Assembly (NCBI GenBank): GCA_963755715.1
Contig: CAVWLW010000068.1
Span: 53,304 to 117,303, forward strand
Direction: 5' to 3'
Length of the DNA: 64,000 bases
Origin: an uncultured delta proteobacterium
GTDB lineage: Bacteria; Desulfobacterota; Binatia; UBA9968
Shown here: positions 32,769-43,610 of the stretch, piece by piece
How the letters are laid out: each line of letters starts with the position of its first letter
Numbering within the stretch: the first letter of the stretch is position 1
Made by a program: the position numbers and the translations under genes
The notes under the pieces: generated by a model
Databases searched by the model: none
Told to the model about the DNA's origin: nothing
What the model saw: the letters and a program-made list of their open reading frames with translations, nothing else

Positions 32769-35414
32769 GTGCTCGAGAGTCGTAAATCCGTTAGAGAAGA
32801 ATTTCTTGCCATCGCAGCCCTATCGGCAATGGTGATCTGGTTTTGCGACGAGATGATTTTCTCGCAAAAAATCCCATTCTTTCGCGACCTGGTCACATAT
32901 TTTTATCCGATTAAATTCAGCGTTGCGGAAGCCTTCAAAGCTGGCTCACTACCTATGTGGGACCAGCATATGGCAACGGGTTTTCCAATCATGGCCGAGT
33001 TTCAATCAGCGGTGTTTTATCCGCCCAGCATCGCCTTTTATCTCCTACCGTTTTTTACGGCCGTACGGTTTATCTTCGTTTTTCATTACGCCATTGCCGC
33101 GATCGGTTCCTACATTCTGTTCCGATCATGGAAATCACCAGTATATGTTGCTCTTATTGGAGCCGTCCTGTTTGCCTTTGGCGGCACGATGGTTTCGCTG
33201 ACAAATTTATTAAATCATTTTCAAAGCGCGGTTTGGTTACCCTGGATTATCTATTTCTGGGAAAGCGCGGTTAGAGACAAGCGAGCAAGAAATGTTGCCA
33301 TTTTCACGATTATTGCGCTTTGCCAATTACTCGCGGGATCGCCCGAGATATTCTTGCTTTCCATTGGATTGGCACTGCTTGATGCCATTCGGCTCCATCG
33401 CGAAGATCAAAGCCACGGCTTGTTTCGGGCAACGATTGTACTATTGGGGTCGGGATTCGTGATTATGGGGCTCGGCATGGTTCAACTGTTGCCGACCGCT
33501 GAGCTTGTAATGCAATCCCGTCGCGACCAACCGATCCCGGTCGCCGAAGCGCTCGCGTGGTCTTTACAGCCGTCAAGCTTGATCGGGCTTTTGTTACCCA
33601 CCCTCGAAGCTGACTCGTCCCTATCGGTCGGTGTTCGGTTGTTACTTACGGACGGAGTGCCTTTTCTCCTTAGCCACTATATCGGCGTCATCGGAATTTT
33701 GGGCTTGTGTTGTTGGTTCAAGGCTGCACGAACAAAAGAGCGCGTTATCATAACGGGACTAATCGGGCTCTCGTTGGTACTGGCGTTCGGAAGCTATACA
33801 CCGATCTACGCGTCTCTCTACGACGCGATACCTGTACTACGTGTCATGCGTTTTCCCGAAAAATATTTCTATTTAACCTTTGCAATCTTGGTATTCACGA
33901 TCGTTCGCGGATTATCTCAGACGACGGACGCGAAAAATTCTCGGATGTGCTGGGTCTTTGCGTCCTCAATGCTTGTCCTATGGCTCGTTGTTTATGTAAT
34001 TTTTCGATCACAACCAGAGTTACTCGCAAAATTTCTTTATTCTCTGAACACTCACCGACGTGCGGGCGAAGTCACCCCTGCGACAGTAGCGGCCATCCTG
34101 GTGGTCCTAGAAAAACAAATTGCCGTCTCTTTGGTTTTGTCATTGCTATTTTGCCTAAACCGTTACGGAATTTTGCGCGTAACATTGTTTCAACCTTTGC
34201 TCGTTTTATCGGTGTTTCTCGATCTGAGCTCTGCTAATAAACCGCTGCATTTTCTGCGGGACGAAAAGCTTGTCCAAAACGTAGCGCGAGTTATGGAAAA
34301 ACCGCCCGTCGATCACGGCCGCTTTTTCTATTACCCACCGTCAAATAATCTACACCCTAGTTTCATGAGAGTAAGCGGCAATCTGACTTACGATAAGGCA
34401 ACAGAGATTGCGCTAAATAATTTACTGCCCAATGCCGGCATGTTGTACGGTTTTGAATATTTTCAAGATATAGACGCGCTTGGCCGCCGCAGCTACACCG
34501 ATTTTCTGAATTTCATCAATTCTCTGCCAACCGACCGACGGGGCAAACTGCTGCGCGCCGTAAACGTGAAACATGTCGTGGCGTTTCATTCATTGGAAGT
34601 GAAAGGTCTGGAGCTTGTCGGAGAATTTCCCGAACATTACTCCAAGCTATACGAGGTCACCGATGCGGTGCCGCGAGCTTATGTTGCGGCGCGCGCGATC
34701 TATGATCTGGACCCGAAGAGCACTTTGGAGCGGATGTCCAGCGACAGCTTCGATCCGCTGCGAGACGTGGTACTCGACGTGCCGATTCATTTGGAGACGA
34801 AAGGTATTTTTCATGGTGAAGCGGCGATCAAACTTTACGAAAACAATCGCGTGCAGATTAACGCCCAGCTTAGCGAACCCGGTGTCCTCGTGTTAACCGA
34901 TGCATTTCATCCGGGATGGAAGGTTTTTGTCGATGGTAAAGAACAAACAATTCGACGCGCCAACTATCTGTTTCGCGCCGTAGAATTGCCAGCCGGGAAT
35001 CACCGAGTGGAGTTCGTCTACGATCCCATTTCATTCAAACTCGGCTTGGTTATCTCATCGCTGACTGCGGCTTTATTCATCACAATACCCCTGGTTGGTT
35101 GGCTTCGCCGGCGGGCCGCTTTTACACAATCTCGCAGTGCATTTTCGCCATCGCCAGTGTCGCTCAATTGCGGATCGTTCGGGCTAGCTATGGCTCGGCT
35201 GTTTAGGAACTATTTTCTAATGTGGTCAGGCTTAGCCGCCGCTTTGAACTCAAAAACGGAAACCAAAGGGACACCCGCAAGATCGATCGCTAGAAATGGC
35301 TTAGTTGGCGAGCTGATTAGACGCCTTTCCCTTGGTGCCAAGCACACTTCGGCGATGGAGTATAATGTAATAATTAAAGCTTTGGCCGTCGGTGAGTTTG
35401 ATATCGGGCCGTAA
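32769..35414 (+). CDS. YfhO-family (GT-C fold) membrane protein; true 3' end probably near 35200
   Basis: FRDLVTYFYP, P.WD..MATGFP, FYPP, WLP, LLPTAEL..SRR, PGWKVFVDG, RANYLFRAV..G.H.VEFVY; many TMs. Confidence 0.8.
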   Translation: MLESRKSVREEFLAIAALSAMVIWFCDEMIFSQKIPFFRDLVTYFYPIKFSVAEAFKAGSLPMWDQHMATGFPIMAEFQSAVFYPPSIAFYLLPFFTAVRFIFVFHYAIAAIGSYILFRSWKSPVYVALIGAVLFAFGGTMVSLTNLLNHFQSAVWLPWIIYFWESAVRDKRARNVAIFTIIALCQLLAGSPEIFLLSIGLALLDAIRLHREDQSHGLFRATIVLLGSGFVIMGLGMVQLLPTAELVMQSRRDQPIPVAEALAWSLQPSSLIGLLLPTLEADSSLSVGVRLLLTDGVPFLLSHYIGVIGILGLCCWFKAARTKERVIITGLIGLSLVLAFGSYTPIYASLYDAIPVLRVMRFPEKYFYLTFAILVFTIVRGLSQTTDAKNSRMCWVFASSMLVLWLVVYVIFRSQPELLAKFLYSLNTHRRAGEVTPATVAAILVVLEKQIAVSLVLSLLFCLNRYGILRVTLFQPLLVLSVFLDLSSANKPLHFLRDEKLVQNVARVMEKPPVDHGRFFYYPPSNNLHPSFMRVSGNLTYDKATEIALNNLLPNAGMLYGFEYFQDIDALGRRSYTDFLNFINSLPTDRRGKLLRAVNVKHVVAFHSLEVKGLELVGEFPEHYSKLYEVTDAVPRAYVAARAIYDLDPKSTLERMSSDSFDPLRDVVLDVPIHLETKGIFHGEAAIKLYENNRVQINAQLSEPGVLVLTDAFHPGWKVFVDGKEQTIRRANYLFRAVELPAGNHRVEFVYDPISFKLGLVISSLTAALFITIPLVGWLRRRAAFTQSRSAFSPSPVSLNCGSFGLAMARLFRNYFLMWSGLAAALNSKTETKGTPARSIARNGLVGELIRRLSLGAKHTSAMEYNVIIKALAVGEFDIGP

Positions 35415-36859
35415 ACGTCCTTCTTTTTGATAAATGCTGAACATGAAATTGGCTACCGATGCATTCACGCTTGCGTTCATTGGTAGTTTGTCATTGAGCG
35501 CGCGCAAGAAGTTGGGCGTGATGGCTTCCATAAAGTAAGTCGTCTCCAGTCCACGCTCATACGCACCACGGATACCGCCAACAAACCGGTTATAAAAACT
35601 AAGTTGAAACGGGTGACACAGGTAGACATCCAACACAGGACTGAAGCAAGCCAGTAGAACGAAGATACCGGCAACTTTTGTCTTCAGTCTGGTAATTTGC
35701 ATCGGCACATGCCGGTTTCGGAAAAAACTCATCGACCAAGCTGAGCATAGTGTGAAAACCCACTCCTGCCAAAGCTGCAATGAAAGGTAGCACTGAGAGC
35801 ATCTGCCGGACGCCATCGTGAAGGACGGCACCGGGCATAAGGCCCAAACCCAGGATGAAAGTTGCATGGAAAAAAAATAGGAGGGCGACGGACCAATGCT
35901 CTTTTCTCAAAGTAATTGAGAGGGTGCCTAACAAGGCCAGCGCGATGAACGGTTCGGGTGTGGTGACGCCGATCATGAAAAACGAGTAGTACCAAGGCAG
36001 CTGATGCGTAAAATAAAGTTGGTTGAAAAAATAGATCATGAAGTTTGCGTCTGGCCGATACGCACGGCTGATACCTTCATACAAAAACTCCAAAATTCGC
36101 AAACCGGTTTGATGCCAAAGGTAGGGTTGCGTGCCGATCATGACAATCGGTGCAATAAAGAGCAGCGCAAAGACATTGTTCACATACTTGTCCCGGTGAA
36201 ACAGATGCGCCCACAGAATCAGAGGAACCGGAATGAGCACCGCAGGAAATTTGGTGGCGAGCGCCAAGCCCCATAGGACACCGAGCACGACACTCCACTT
36301 CCAGTTGCTGAGACCTTTCCAAAAGGCAAAGACTGTCAGGAACCACATTGAAGCCAGCGGTAGATCGGTGACCGCGAAATGCGCGTAGCCAAACAGGTTG
36401 GGCGTCAGGATGACGCTCAAGGCCGAAAACAAACCTGTAGCCCTGCCGAAAAGCTCCTTCATCCAAAGAAACATCACCGTAACGAGCAGGGCGAAAAAAA
36501 GCGCCGGCCCGATGCGATACGCTGAAAACTTGTCTACAGATTGTGGCGAGATATCCTTAGCAAATCCCGAAATAATCCGCGAAAACGGCGGATGGGGTAC
36601 GTTGTACGGATTCCAATGCCAAGCGGCCTGGATGGTTTGATCGTCGAGGCTCTTTCGATAACTCGCCGTAGGTCAGGTTATCCACGAAACCGCGGATCCA
36701 CCGCACATGGAGATCGGATGCGTGAAAATAGGGGGGCTCGTCCCACGTTACTCCATAATCTTTTGCTGTCGCACCAATGAGCAGCAGAGTTCCGAAGAAC
36801 AAAACAAACGGTATCAGCCAACGTGTTGTTCGAGATTCGAGGGATATCGTTTCATTCAT
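35210..36859 (-). CDS. GT-C glycosyltransferase (GT39/ArnT-like), several frameshifts
   Basis: YGVTWDEP, PHPPF, HFAVTDLP, GLALATK, HDGVRQ, YNRFVGG..GA..GLETTY, in successive frames. Confidence 0.75.
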
Positions 36860-36972
36860 GGGAAGAGATTCTAAGTTTTTAGTAGGTTGGATTACTTCAC
36901 GGTGCTGTTTTTTAGCGCCGTACCAAAACCGCCTCGCGAGCATCTCGTCGAAAAAACCGTACCAACTTTTCA

Positions 36973-37690
36973 TTATCGCTTACGCCAAACGGCTAGAACT
37001 GACTTGCCGATCGTGCCGCGAAACAATCGATCGACAATACGCGATGCCGGCACACAGATCGTATCCCATATTCTAATTTGCGGTTCGGTTGGCATGGATT
37101 GGCGAAGTCCAAGAACATTGCCGAGGGATAGAAACACTCCCGAGTGAGTCAAGATAAGCAAGCTTCACTTCGAGCCATCCGGCGGGCATCATCGATCTGA
37201 GATGAGCTTTGTTGTAACGACGAAAGTGACCGATGCTTTTGTCAAATTCACTGAAGAGCCAATGATGAGCTGGAGACAGGATGACGACATGACCGCCGCT
37301 ACGAACGAGCCGTGCGGCGGCATCGATCTGCGCGCGATCATCTTGGATATGTTCCAGGACATCGATATACAATATGCAATCGAAAGATGGACGATCAGAA
37401 AATGTTCGAAGGGATCCGACAATCACATTCGTTGCCGACCGGCCCCCGCACGAAGTGAGTCGAGCCTTTAGACGCAGTGCTAAGCGCTCGTCCGGTTCGA
37501 GGCATACCCAGCGACGCGCCGTACCATCGTGAAGCACTACGGTGGTGGCGCCGATGCCCGCACCCACTTCCAACACATCGCCGGTAACGTAACGGGAAAT
37601 TTCGCGCTTAATGTAGCCTTTCCAATTCTTGGCTAAAGCAAACAGATCGAGTTCGCCGCCAATATACGAGATTTCATGCGTGTCAGCCAT
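36973..37690 (-). CDS. Class I SAM-dependent methyltransferase (frameshift near 37140)
   Basis: VLEVGAGIG, DVLEHI, FD..IGHFRRY, C-terminal GKSVLAV in the adjacent frame. Confidence 0.8.
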
Positions 37691-38681
37691 AAATCCGGTG
37701 GCGAGCACCTATAACGTGAACATAATCGTGGGTCGGGAGCACGTTGGTGGCATTGCGTGCGGCGAGGATCACAAAGACAAAAACCAGAATCACCAAAAGC
37801 ATCTGGGTCAGCATCACAAGCAAAAGGCCTGTGACATACGTAGCCCATCCGGGGATAGCGAGATCGGTTACCAAGCGGACGGTGATGACACTCGCTAGCG
37901 CGGTCACCGTCACACCCATTCCAACGGACACTACAATGAGAAGTCGGACACCAATGCGGTCGCCAAAAACCGCCATAGCGCTCAACCCATGTACTACCAG
38001 GGAGACCATATCCATGCGTGTTGGCCCCTCTAATCTCGTGCCGCGCTCCGACGGGATGAACTCCATAGGAAGTTTCGCCTTATGCACAGCGGCAGCGTAA
38101 TGGTTCCACAACTCGGATACGGCCACCAATCGTTTCAGAACGTCGGGGGGGACGATACTGAAATTGCCGACACGAACTCGAACCCCCGTCAATAGAAAGT
38201 GGATAATGCGGTACAGGTGGTAAAAGAACGTGAATAGCCAACCCTCAGATCGCTTGGTCCGAGCGGCGAACACAATTTTTTCTCCTCGATTGGCAACACA
38301 CTTGCGCACAAGCCGGGAAACGTCTTTGGGGTCATCCTCGCCATCCGAGTCCATGACAACAACCAAACACTGTGGTTGATTTGCTTCGATGTACGAAAGG
38401 CCGACCGCAATCGCTCGTTGATGGCCTAGATTGCGTCGAAGTGAGAGAACTTCAATAATCTCAATGGATTCGAATCGTGCTGGCGCCAAATTTTCCGGCA
38501 CTGCCTCCGTCGATCCGTCATCGACGAGGATAATACTAGCTGTAAGCCCATTCTCTTTGAGCTCACGATCTAAGATGGGTAGAAGCAGCGAAAGCGCCCG
38601 CCAATCGTTATACACCGGCATCAAGATGATCAAATTGTCGTCGTGCGTCTCTGAAGGGCTCATGACTATGGCGAGGTGCAA
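37683..38681 (-). CDS. GT2 polyprenol-phosphate glycosyltransferase (GtrB/DPM-like)
   Basis: PVYND, VDDGS, RNLGHQRA, MDSDGED, two C-terminal TMs. Confidence 0.88.
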   Translation of the reverse strand: MHLAIVMSPSETHDDNLIILMPVYNDWRALSLLLPILDRELKENGLTASIILVDDGSTEAVPENLAPARFESIEIIEVLSLRRNLGHQRAIAVGLSYIEANQPQCLVVVMDSDGEDDPKDVSRLVRKCVANRGEKIVFAARTKRSEGWLFTFFYHLYRIIHFLLTGVRVRVGNFSIVPPDVLKRLVAVSELWNHYAAAVHKAKLPMEFIPSERGTRLEGPTRMDMVSLVVHGLSAMAVFGDRIGVRLLIVVSVGMGVTVTALASVITVRLVTDLAIPGWATYVTGLLLVMLTQMLLVILVFVFVILAARNATNVLPTHDYVHVIGARHRIYG

Positions 38682-39102
38682 ATAAGCGTTGAGAAAACAG
38701 GATTATTTTAGCAGGTCGCGAAAGAATCGTCACTCAGCTTTTTGACCCGGCTCACGGTGAAACGAGGTCGCTGTGAATTTACCAGTCAGTTTCCGTTCAG
38801 GCGGAGACCTATGCAAGCGTGAAATGTCATTTGTGGTGATCTGTTATCATGCCGACAGTTCTCGAACCGCAGGTATGAATTGGTTGACCTTGATGATCGA
38901 CGCACGACTTGCCATTTTTGCCAAAAACTACCACAAATCCCTTTTGTCAGAGAAAGGCTTATTCGAGTCAGCGCTCAACCCACGGAAATTACGGCGACGA
39001 GGGGACTTTCATCATTCCTACGTGGAGACGTAAACTTTTCTTGTCGGCTCAAGATAGACGTTGTATCATCCTTTGAGACAATAATCGTCAAGGAAAAACT
39101 TT

Positions 39103-39522
39103 ATGTGCAAGAGACCCATGCTTTATATAATTGGCCTCACCGCGTTACTTATTCCGACGGTTGTTTTTGCTCAAGCCTTTGGAGAGTATGGCAGAGCAGT
39201 CGGGAGTATTCCGCATGGACAAGGGATCACCGGCGGGAAAACTCCAGGCGGCGTGAGCCAGGGAAATGTCTCTGGCGGTGGCGTGGGCGAGGTCGGTGGG
39301 CGCGGGTTGCCGGTCCGATTGGTTGTTGTATCGCAGAATACAGGACTTTATCCACGGCAGGATGGTGAAGCAGAAAAAATCGCTCAATTGACCCAAGGCG
39401 AATTTCTGGTTCCGATGGTTCAGGCGGCCGGCGGCAGCGACTGGTTTATGGTCAAGACTCAAAAAGGTCTAGTCGGCTGGGTCATGGGCGCGGACGTTCG
39501 CGACGAAAAAGCAAAAAAATAG
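39103..39522 (+). CDS. Secreted protein with SH3-like C-terminal domain
   Basis: Signal peptide (..VFA|QA), Gly-rich linker, DWFMVKT..GLVGWV. Confidence 0.65.
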   Translation: MCKRPMLYIIGLTALLIPTVVFAQAFGEYGRAVGSIPHGQGITGGKTPGGVSQGNVSGGGVGEVGGRGLPVRLVVVSQNTGLYPRQDGEAEKIAQLTQGEFLVPMVQAAGGSDWFMVKTQKGLVGWVMGADVRDEKAKK

Positions 39523-39849
39523 TTTTCGATTGCTACAAGGCACAATTTTTTCACACTTGGCTGCGTAAAAACGAAATCCGATCGATACCGTCATTTCGAA
39601 CCGCTGGTCATTTTACCATGAGGCTGGCTCGGCGTAGCCGGTGCACTCGCCCCGCAAGCGCATTCAATAATCAGATACCAGGCAAACTTGTCGCCGCTAA
39701 TATTTGAGTGAAGAAGCAGGCTGATTCGCCTCCTTCATTCGCTCTGTCTGCACTTCCAATTGTCCGCAAAAGTCAGCCAAAGGTTCTAGTTCCTGCCACA
39801 GGTTGCGTCTTTCCCAGCCTGGCATCGAAGATGCTCAAGGGGATCTCCC

Positions 39850-40005
39850 ATGACGCTTCGAATAAAAAGCAAGAAGATACTCATTCCTGATGTTCCGCCG
39901 CCATTGGCACGGACCACCAAACAGGGTTTAGTCATAGCCGGCATCGGAGCTTTCTGTGCCTCGGTAGTTGTCGCGGCTGCTCTGTTTGTTTTTTTCGGCG
40001 CGTAA
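39850..40005 (+). CDS. Small single-TM protein (51 aa), not in the ORF track
   Basis: MTLRIKSKKILIPDVPPPLARTTKQGLVIAGIGAFCASVVVAAALFVFFGA*, with AAGGGG SD-like sequence upstream. Confidence 0.45.
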   Translation: MTLRIKSKKILIPDVPPPLARTTKQGLVIAGIGAFCASVVVAAALFVFFGA

Positions 40006-40261
40006 GCTTCAATCAGGGTTCAGCCTCTGGGGTTTTGATCGCGTTAACATGAAACGGATCTTTAGAATATTTTCACTCGCAGTCGTGTTGCTCTTGGTTG
40101 CATGAGAAATGATTGTGACTTTCGAGCGCCGATGACGCTTCTGCTTTCTCTCATTCGCCACCAACGATCTCTTTCCTGGGCAACTAAATCTGCGGGGTGA
40201 CACACGCGGAAGCGGGTTTATTCGACCGGCAGCGGGGCGGACTGCGACAGATTACGATTGA

Positions 40262-40702
40262 CTAAGCGACTTTTAGGCGCTTGAGCACCGAGTCGTTGCC
40301 GATTACATGAAACTCCATATAGTCGATCAAGCGTCGCGCCACGAAAAAATATCGTTGCAATTTTTCCGCGGAGGACTCTTCGGAGGGCACATCAGGAGGC
40401 GCCTTGGCAAGCGCGACATCCGTCGATCGATAGGACTCGATTTCTTGAACTAGACCCCGTAAGGCCGGCGGCAATACGTCCCACACGCCGGTTGATTGGC
40501 AGATCGAAACCAGTTGGCTATGATCATGCTGTTGAGGCAAGCTGCCGTGGCTTTCGATCAGCGCCGCTTTAATGGCCTTTTCCACAGCTTCCGCTAACTG
40601 ATTGAAGTCCGCCGCCTCAGCGCTCTCACCGGCCGTCTCGTGATGAAGAGATCGAATCCTGTCCCGCGCCTCACGCAACCACGGCTCCGCGTAGAAACCC
40701 AT
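40262..40702 (-). CDS. HEPN-like domain protein
   Basis: W..EA, F..LAEAVEKAIKAAL, P..HD..QL pattern; SD GGAGG. Confidence 0.6.
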   Translation of the reverse strand: MGFYAEPWLREARDRIRSLHHETAGESAEAADFNQLAEAVEKAIKAALIESHGSLPQQHDHSQLVSICQSTGVWDVLPPALRGLVQEIESYRSTDVALAKAPPDVPSEESSAEKLQRYFFVARRLIDYMEFHVIGNDSVLKRLKVA

Positions 40703-40878
40703 CGTGCCTCCTAACCCGAATTACTTCCATCAGCAGTATGATAAAGTCACGGTCGGTTTTTCGCAAGTAAAGCTTTTTACCGCAGAGGAGACGGGATCAC
40801 CGCAAACGGCCAAAGAGTTTGTTTAGCTGCCCATGTCCCTTGTTGCGGTGAGCGCCAAGTTGTCGGCAGTATAAATCT

Positions 40879-40913
40879 AAAAAAAAGCCCCCGGAGAGTT
40901 CCGGGGGCTTTTT
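40879..40913 (-). terminator. Rho-independent terminator after the aldolase
   Basis: AAAAAAAAGCCCCCGGA-GAGT-TCCGGGGGCTTTTT. Confidence 0.88.
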
Positions 40914-40933
40914 GCGAATCAAGTCGGCTGGTT

Positions 40934-41893
40934 TCAGGCTGCCGACCGGGAACGGGCGGCCTCGACCAATGGACGATATTTCTCGTTGAGCGTTTTCCAG
41001 TGCGCCGCGCGCCCTTTCGCTTCGGCAAGCTTAGCTTCGGGGAAGGTAACAAAGGGCACGCGCGTGGGCCCGACTTTACAATAGTCGGCGAATTCCTGCG
41101 GCCGTTTGTTGCCCGAACCGGGAACCGGTTTGCCAGCCCCTATGCCGCCGAGGTCCGCGATCACTTCAATAGCTTTTTGAGTGTCACCCTTGCGGACTTG
41201 CTCCAACAGGTAAAGTATCGGCCACGGACCCATCCAAACTTCGGTTGACCAGCAACCAGCGGCGCCCATCTCATAGTAGGGGTACAATTGTGACTGGTTG
41301 ACAAAGACGCTGATCTTGCCGCGCACGATCTTTTGCAGATTCATGAATGCCTGAGTCGTGCGGTGGCTGTCTTTCATGCCGATGATGTTGGGTTTTTTGA
41401 CTAGTTCGGTAAACGCCGCCACCGGAATTGTAAACTTATGATTGTCCGGGTTGTGATAGACCACGATATTCAGGTTCGGATAGAGGTCAGCGATGTCATG
41501 ATAGAATTTGATCGCGTCTTGCACGTGCAGGGGTTCGTAGTACGGTACGCCGAGGAGAACGCCGTCCGCGCCGAGATCTTTGACGAAGTTCATCTTCTGG
41601 ATAACTTCGCGCGGATTCGGACTGGTAACGCCGATAAAAAGCGGAACGCGCTTTTTCACCGTTTCGACGGTTGCGACCGCGAGCGTTTTAAATTCGTCGA
41701 AAAGCAAACTATAGCACTCACCGTAGGTTCCCGTGGTAGCGATGTTTTGGATCCCGTCTTTGATGATCTTGTCTACGCCCTCTTTGAGATTATCGACCGC
41801 AATAGTTTGTGTCGCCTTGATGTCGGCCGCGTCGGGCGTAGCAAAGGCGGGCATCATTCCCAAGACCCCTTTTAGTTCGTTTGCGCTAAGCAT
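40934..41893 (-). CDS. DHDPS/NAL-family aldolase, NahE/PhdJ hydratase-aldolase-like
   Basis: GTYGEC (compare NahE GTFGEC), VYHNP, Schiff-base Lys in GMKDS. Confidence 0.8.
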   Translation of the reverse strand: MLSANELKGVLGMMPAFATPDAADIKATQTIAVDNLKEGVDKIIKDGIQNIATTGTYGECYSLLFDEFKTLAVATVETVKKRVPLFIGVTSPNPREVIQKMNFVKDLGADGVLLGVPYYEPLHVQDAIKFYHDIADLYPNLNIVVYHNPDNHKFTIPVAAFTELVKKPNIIGMKDSHRTTQAFMNLQKIVRGKISVFVNQSQLYPYYEMGAAGCWSTEVWMGPWPILYLLEQVRKGDTQKAIEVIADLGGIGAGKPVPGSGNKRPQEFADYCKVGPTRVPFVTFPEAKLAEAKGRAAHWKTLNEKYRPLVEAARSRSAA

Positions 41894-42054
41894 TGCTTTC
41901 CTCCTTATCCGTTATTGGATTGTTCTTGATATTCGACCTAAACCTAAATGCTGGCGGATACTTTTTAATTATGCCCTTGTTAACAGGTCAGCGGAGCGGT
42001 TGTCAAATTGCGGGAGAGCGATGAAAGTACAGTTAAAGCGACGGCTTGGCCGCT

Positions 42055-42498
42055 TTAGCTTGCGCGTTGCCGAGGAAGAGTCAAGGTGCACCGGCCGGTA
42101 AGAATTTGTTTATCCTCTTGGTTTGTTCCTATGAGATCACAGGCGATCCAAGAGTCCAATGGATCGCTCGACTTCTCGACGATCTTGGCCGCAAACCGCA
42201 TCGTGTCCCCTTCGAATGTCGAGTAAATATGGCGAACGCTGATTTTCTTAAGCCAACCGCGCGGGCCGATCCAATCGGTGAGCATGCGCATCAGCAAAGC
42301 CTGGCGGTAGGCGCCGCTGGCGATAAAAGTCTTGAGCCCATTGTGCTGGCGTACGTGGTCGCGATCATAATGCAGATGCTGCCAATTTTCCTGCAGGCCG
42401 GCCCAGCGCACCGTGTCGACGATCGTCAGCGGTCCGTATTCACGCGGCGGAATCGCGTCGCCAACGGCGACATCGTCGAAATAAATCGGTTGGTTCAT
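42055..42498 (-). CDS. MaoC-family dehydratase (hot-dog fold)
   Basis: YFDDVAVGD, NWQHLHYD, GDT, GTNQ. Confidence 0.8.
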   Translation of the reverse strand: MNQPIYFDDVAVGDAIPPREYGPLTIVDTVRWAGLQENWQHLHYDRDHVRQHNGLKTFIASGAYRQALLMRMLTDWIGPRGWLKKISVRHIYSTFEGDTMRFAAKIVEKSSDPLDSWIACDLIGTNQEDKQILTGRCTLTLPRQRAS

Positions 42499-42514
42499 AA
42501 AAACTCCGAATGAA

Positions 42515-43610
42515 CTATTTTGCGCCTGTGGCGGCGCTTTTCGGCAATATCTCGGTGTTATGCTCGCCAAGCTTCGGCGCTGCGCTGAGCTGGTTGCCCA
42601 AGACGCTGGCGATGGCGCCTTGAGGAAAGTTGATTCTGCCGAACTCCGGATGATCCATCTCGGTCAAAAATCCGCGCGCGATAAGTTGCGGATCGTTGAC
42701 TAAATCGAGCGTTGTGGACACCGGCGAGGCGGGAAAGTGCAAGCGCTGGGCTTGTTCCACCAATTCTGTCTTCGCTAAAGCCCTTGGCCCATTGATCTAA
42801 TCGCTCCATGATGAAGTCCCGGCGCTTGTGCTGGTTTTCTTCTTCGGCCAGCGACGGATCGGCGCTCAATTCCGGGTCTTGCACCCAATCGACGAACTTA
42901 GACCAACGGCCGGGCCGATGAATCTGGCTGATCACCCAGTGTCCGTCTTTGCACGGCAGTGCGCCGGAGACAGCCGTGATAGCTCCTTTGCTGCCGCGCC
43001 GCTCGGTGATCGTCCCAGAAAAACTATATTCGACCATCGCCTGCTCGACGAAGGATTCCAACGACTCGCGCACGGAAACCGTCGCTATGAGTCCGCGACC
43101 GGATGCGTTGCGCGCGAGCAGTGCGGCAGCCGTAGCAACCGCGACGTATGTCGCGACCGCCATAAGTGGGATATGGCCGCCCAGCGTGACCGGCGCTTGA
43201 TCGGGATGGCCGGTCAAGGACATCAGGCCCGATCGCGCCACGGCGCAAAGCTCCGGCGCGTCGTCAACGATCTTGGTCAGAACGAGTTTCGGATTGGCTG
43301 CCAGACATGCGGATTCGCCAATAGGTGGCGGCGAGTTAGCGAGCAAAACATCGGCTTCGCCCAGCAAGTCGAGCAAGCTTTTTCGGCCTTCCGGCGATTT
43401 GAGATCGAGTGTCACGCTCTTCTTGCCGGCGTTTAAAAACTGATGGAAGGCGCCATGCTCCAAATCTTGGCGCTTTTTAAGAAAGGGTGCGAGGCGTCGT
43501 AACTCGTCGCCTTCGGACGGCTCGACGCGAATGACTTCATGTCCTTCCTCGGCGAAGAGGCGAGCGGCGTATGCGCCGCTCAGTGTCGTTAGGTCAATAA
43601 CGCGCAGCAT
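42515..43610 (-). CDS. Family III CoA-transferase subunit (frameshift near 42775)
   Basis: RVIDL, VIRVEP..GD, NAGKKSVTLDL, C-terminal APKLGEHN in the second frame. Confidence 0.82.

Noticed and set aside
35210-35414. Long convergent overlap of YfhO and GT-C genes
   Set aside because: The YfhO tail after its last TM looks like read-through caused by an indel; not treated as a real overlap.
38690-39100. Possible riboswitch or sRNA in the GT2-SH3 intergenic region
   Set aside because: No recognisable aptamer consensus or terminator; an Rfam/Infernal search would be needed.
40049-40135. MKRIFRIFSLAVVLLLVA* resembling a lipoprotein signal with TGA at the Cys position
   Set aside because: The frame closes again nine codons later, with no evident SECIS or downstream domain; at most a remnant.
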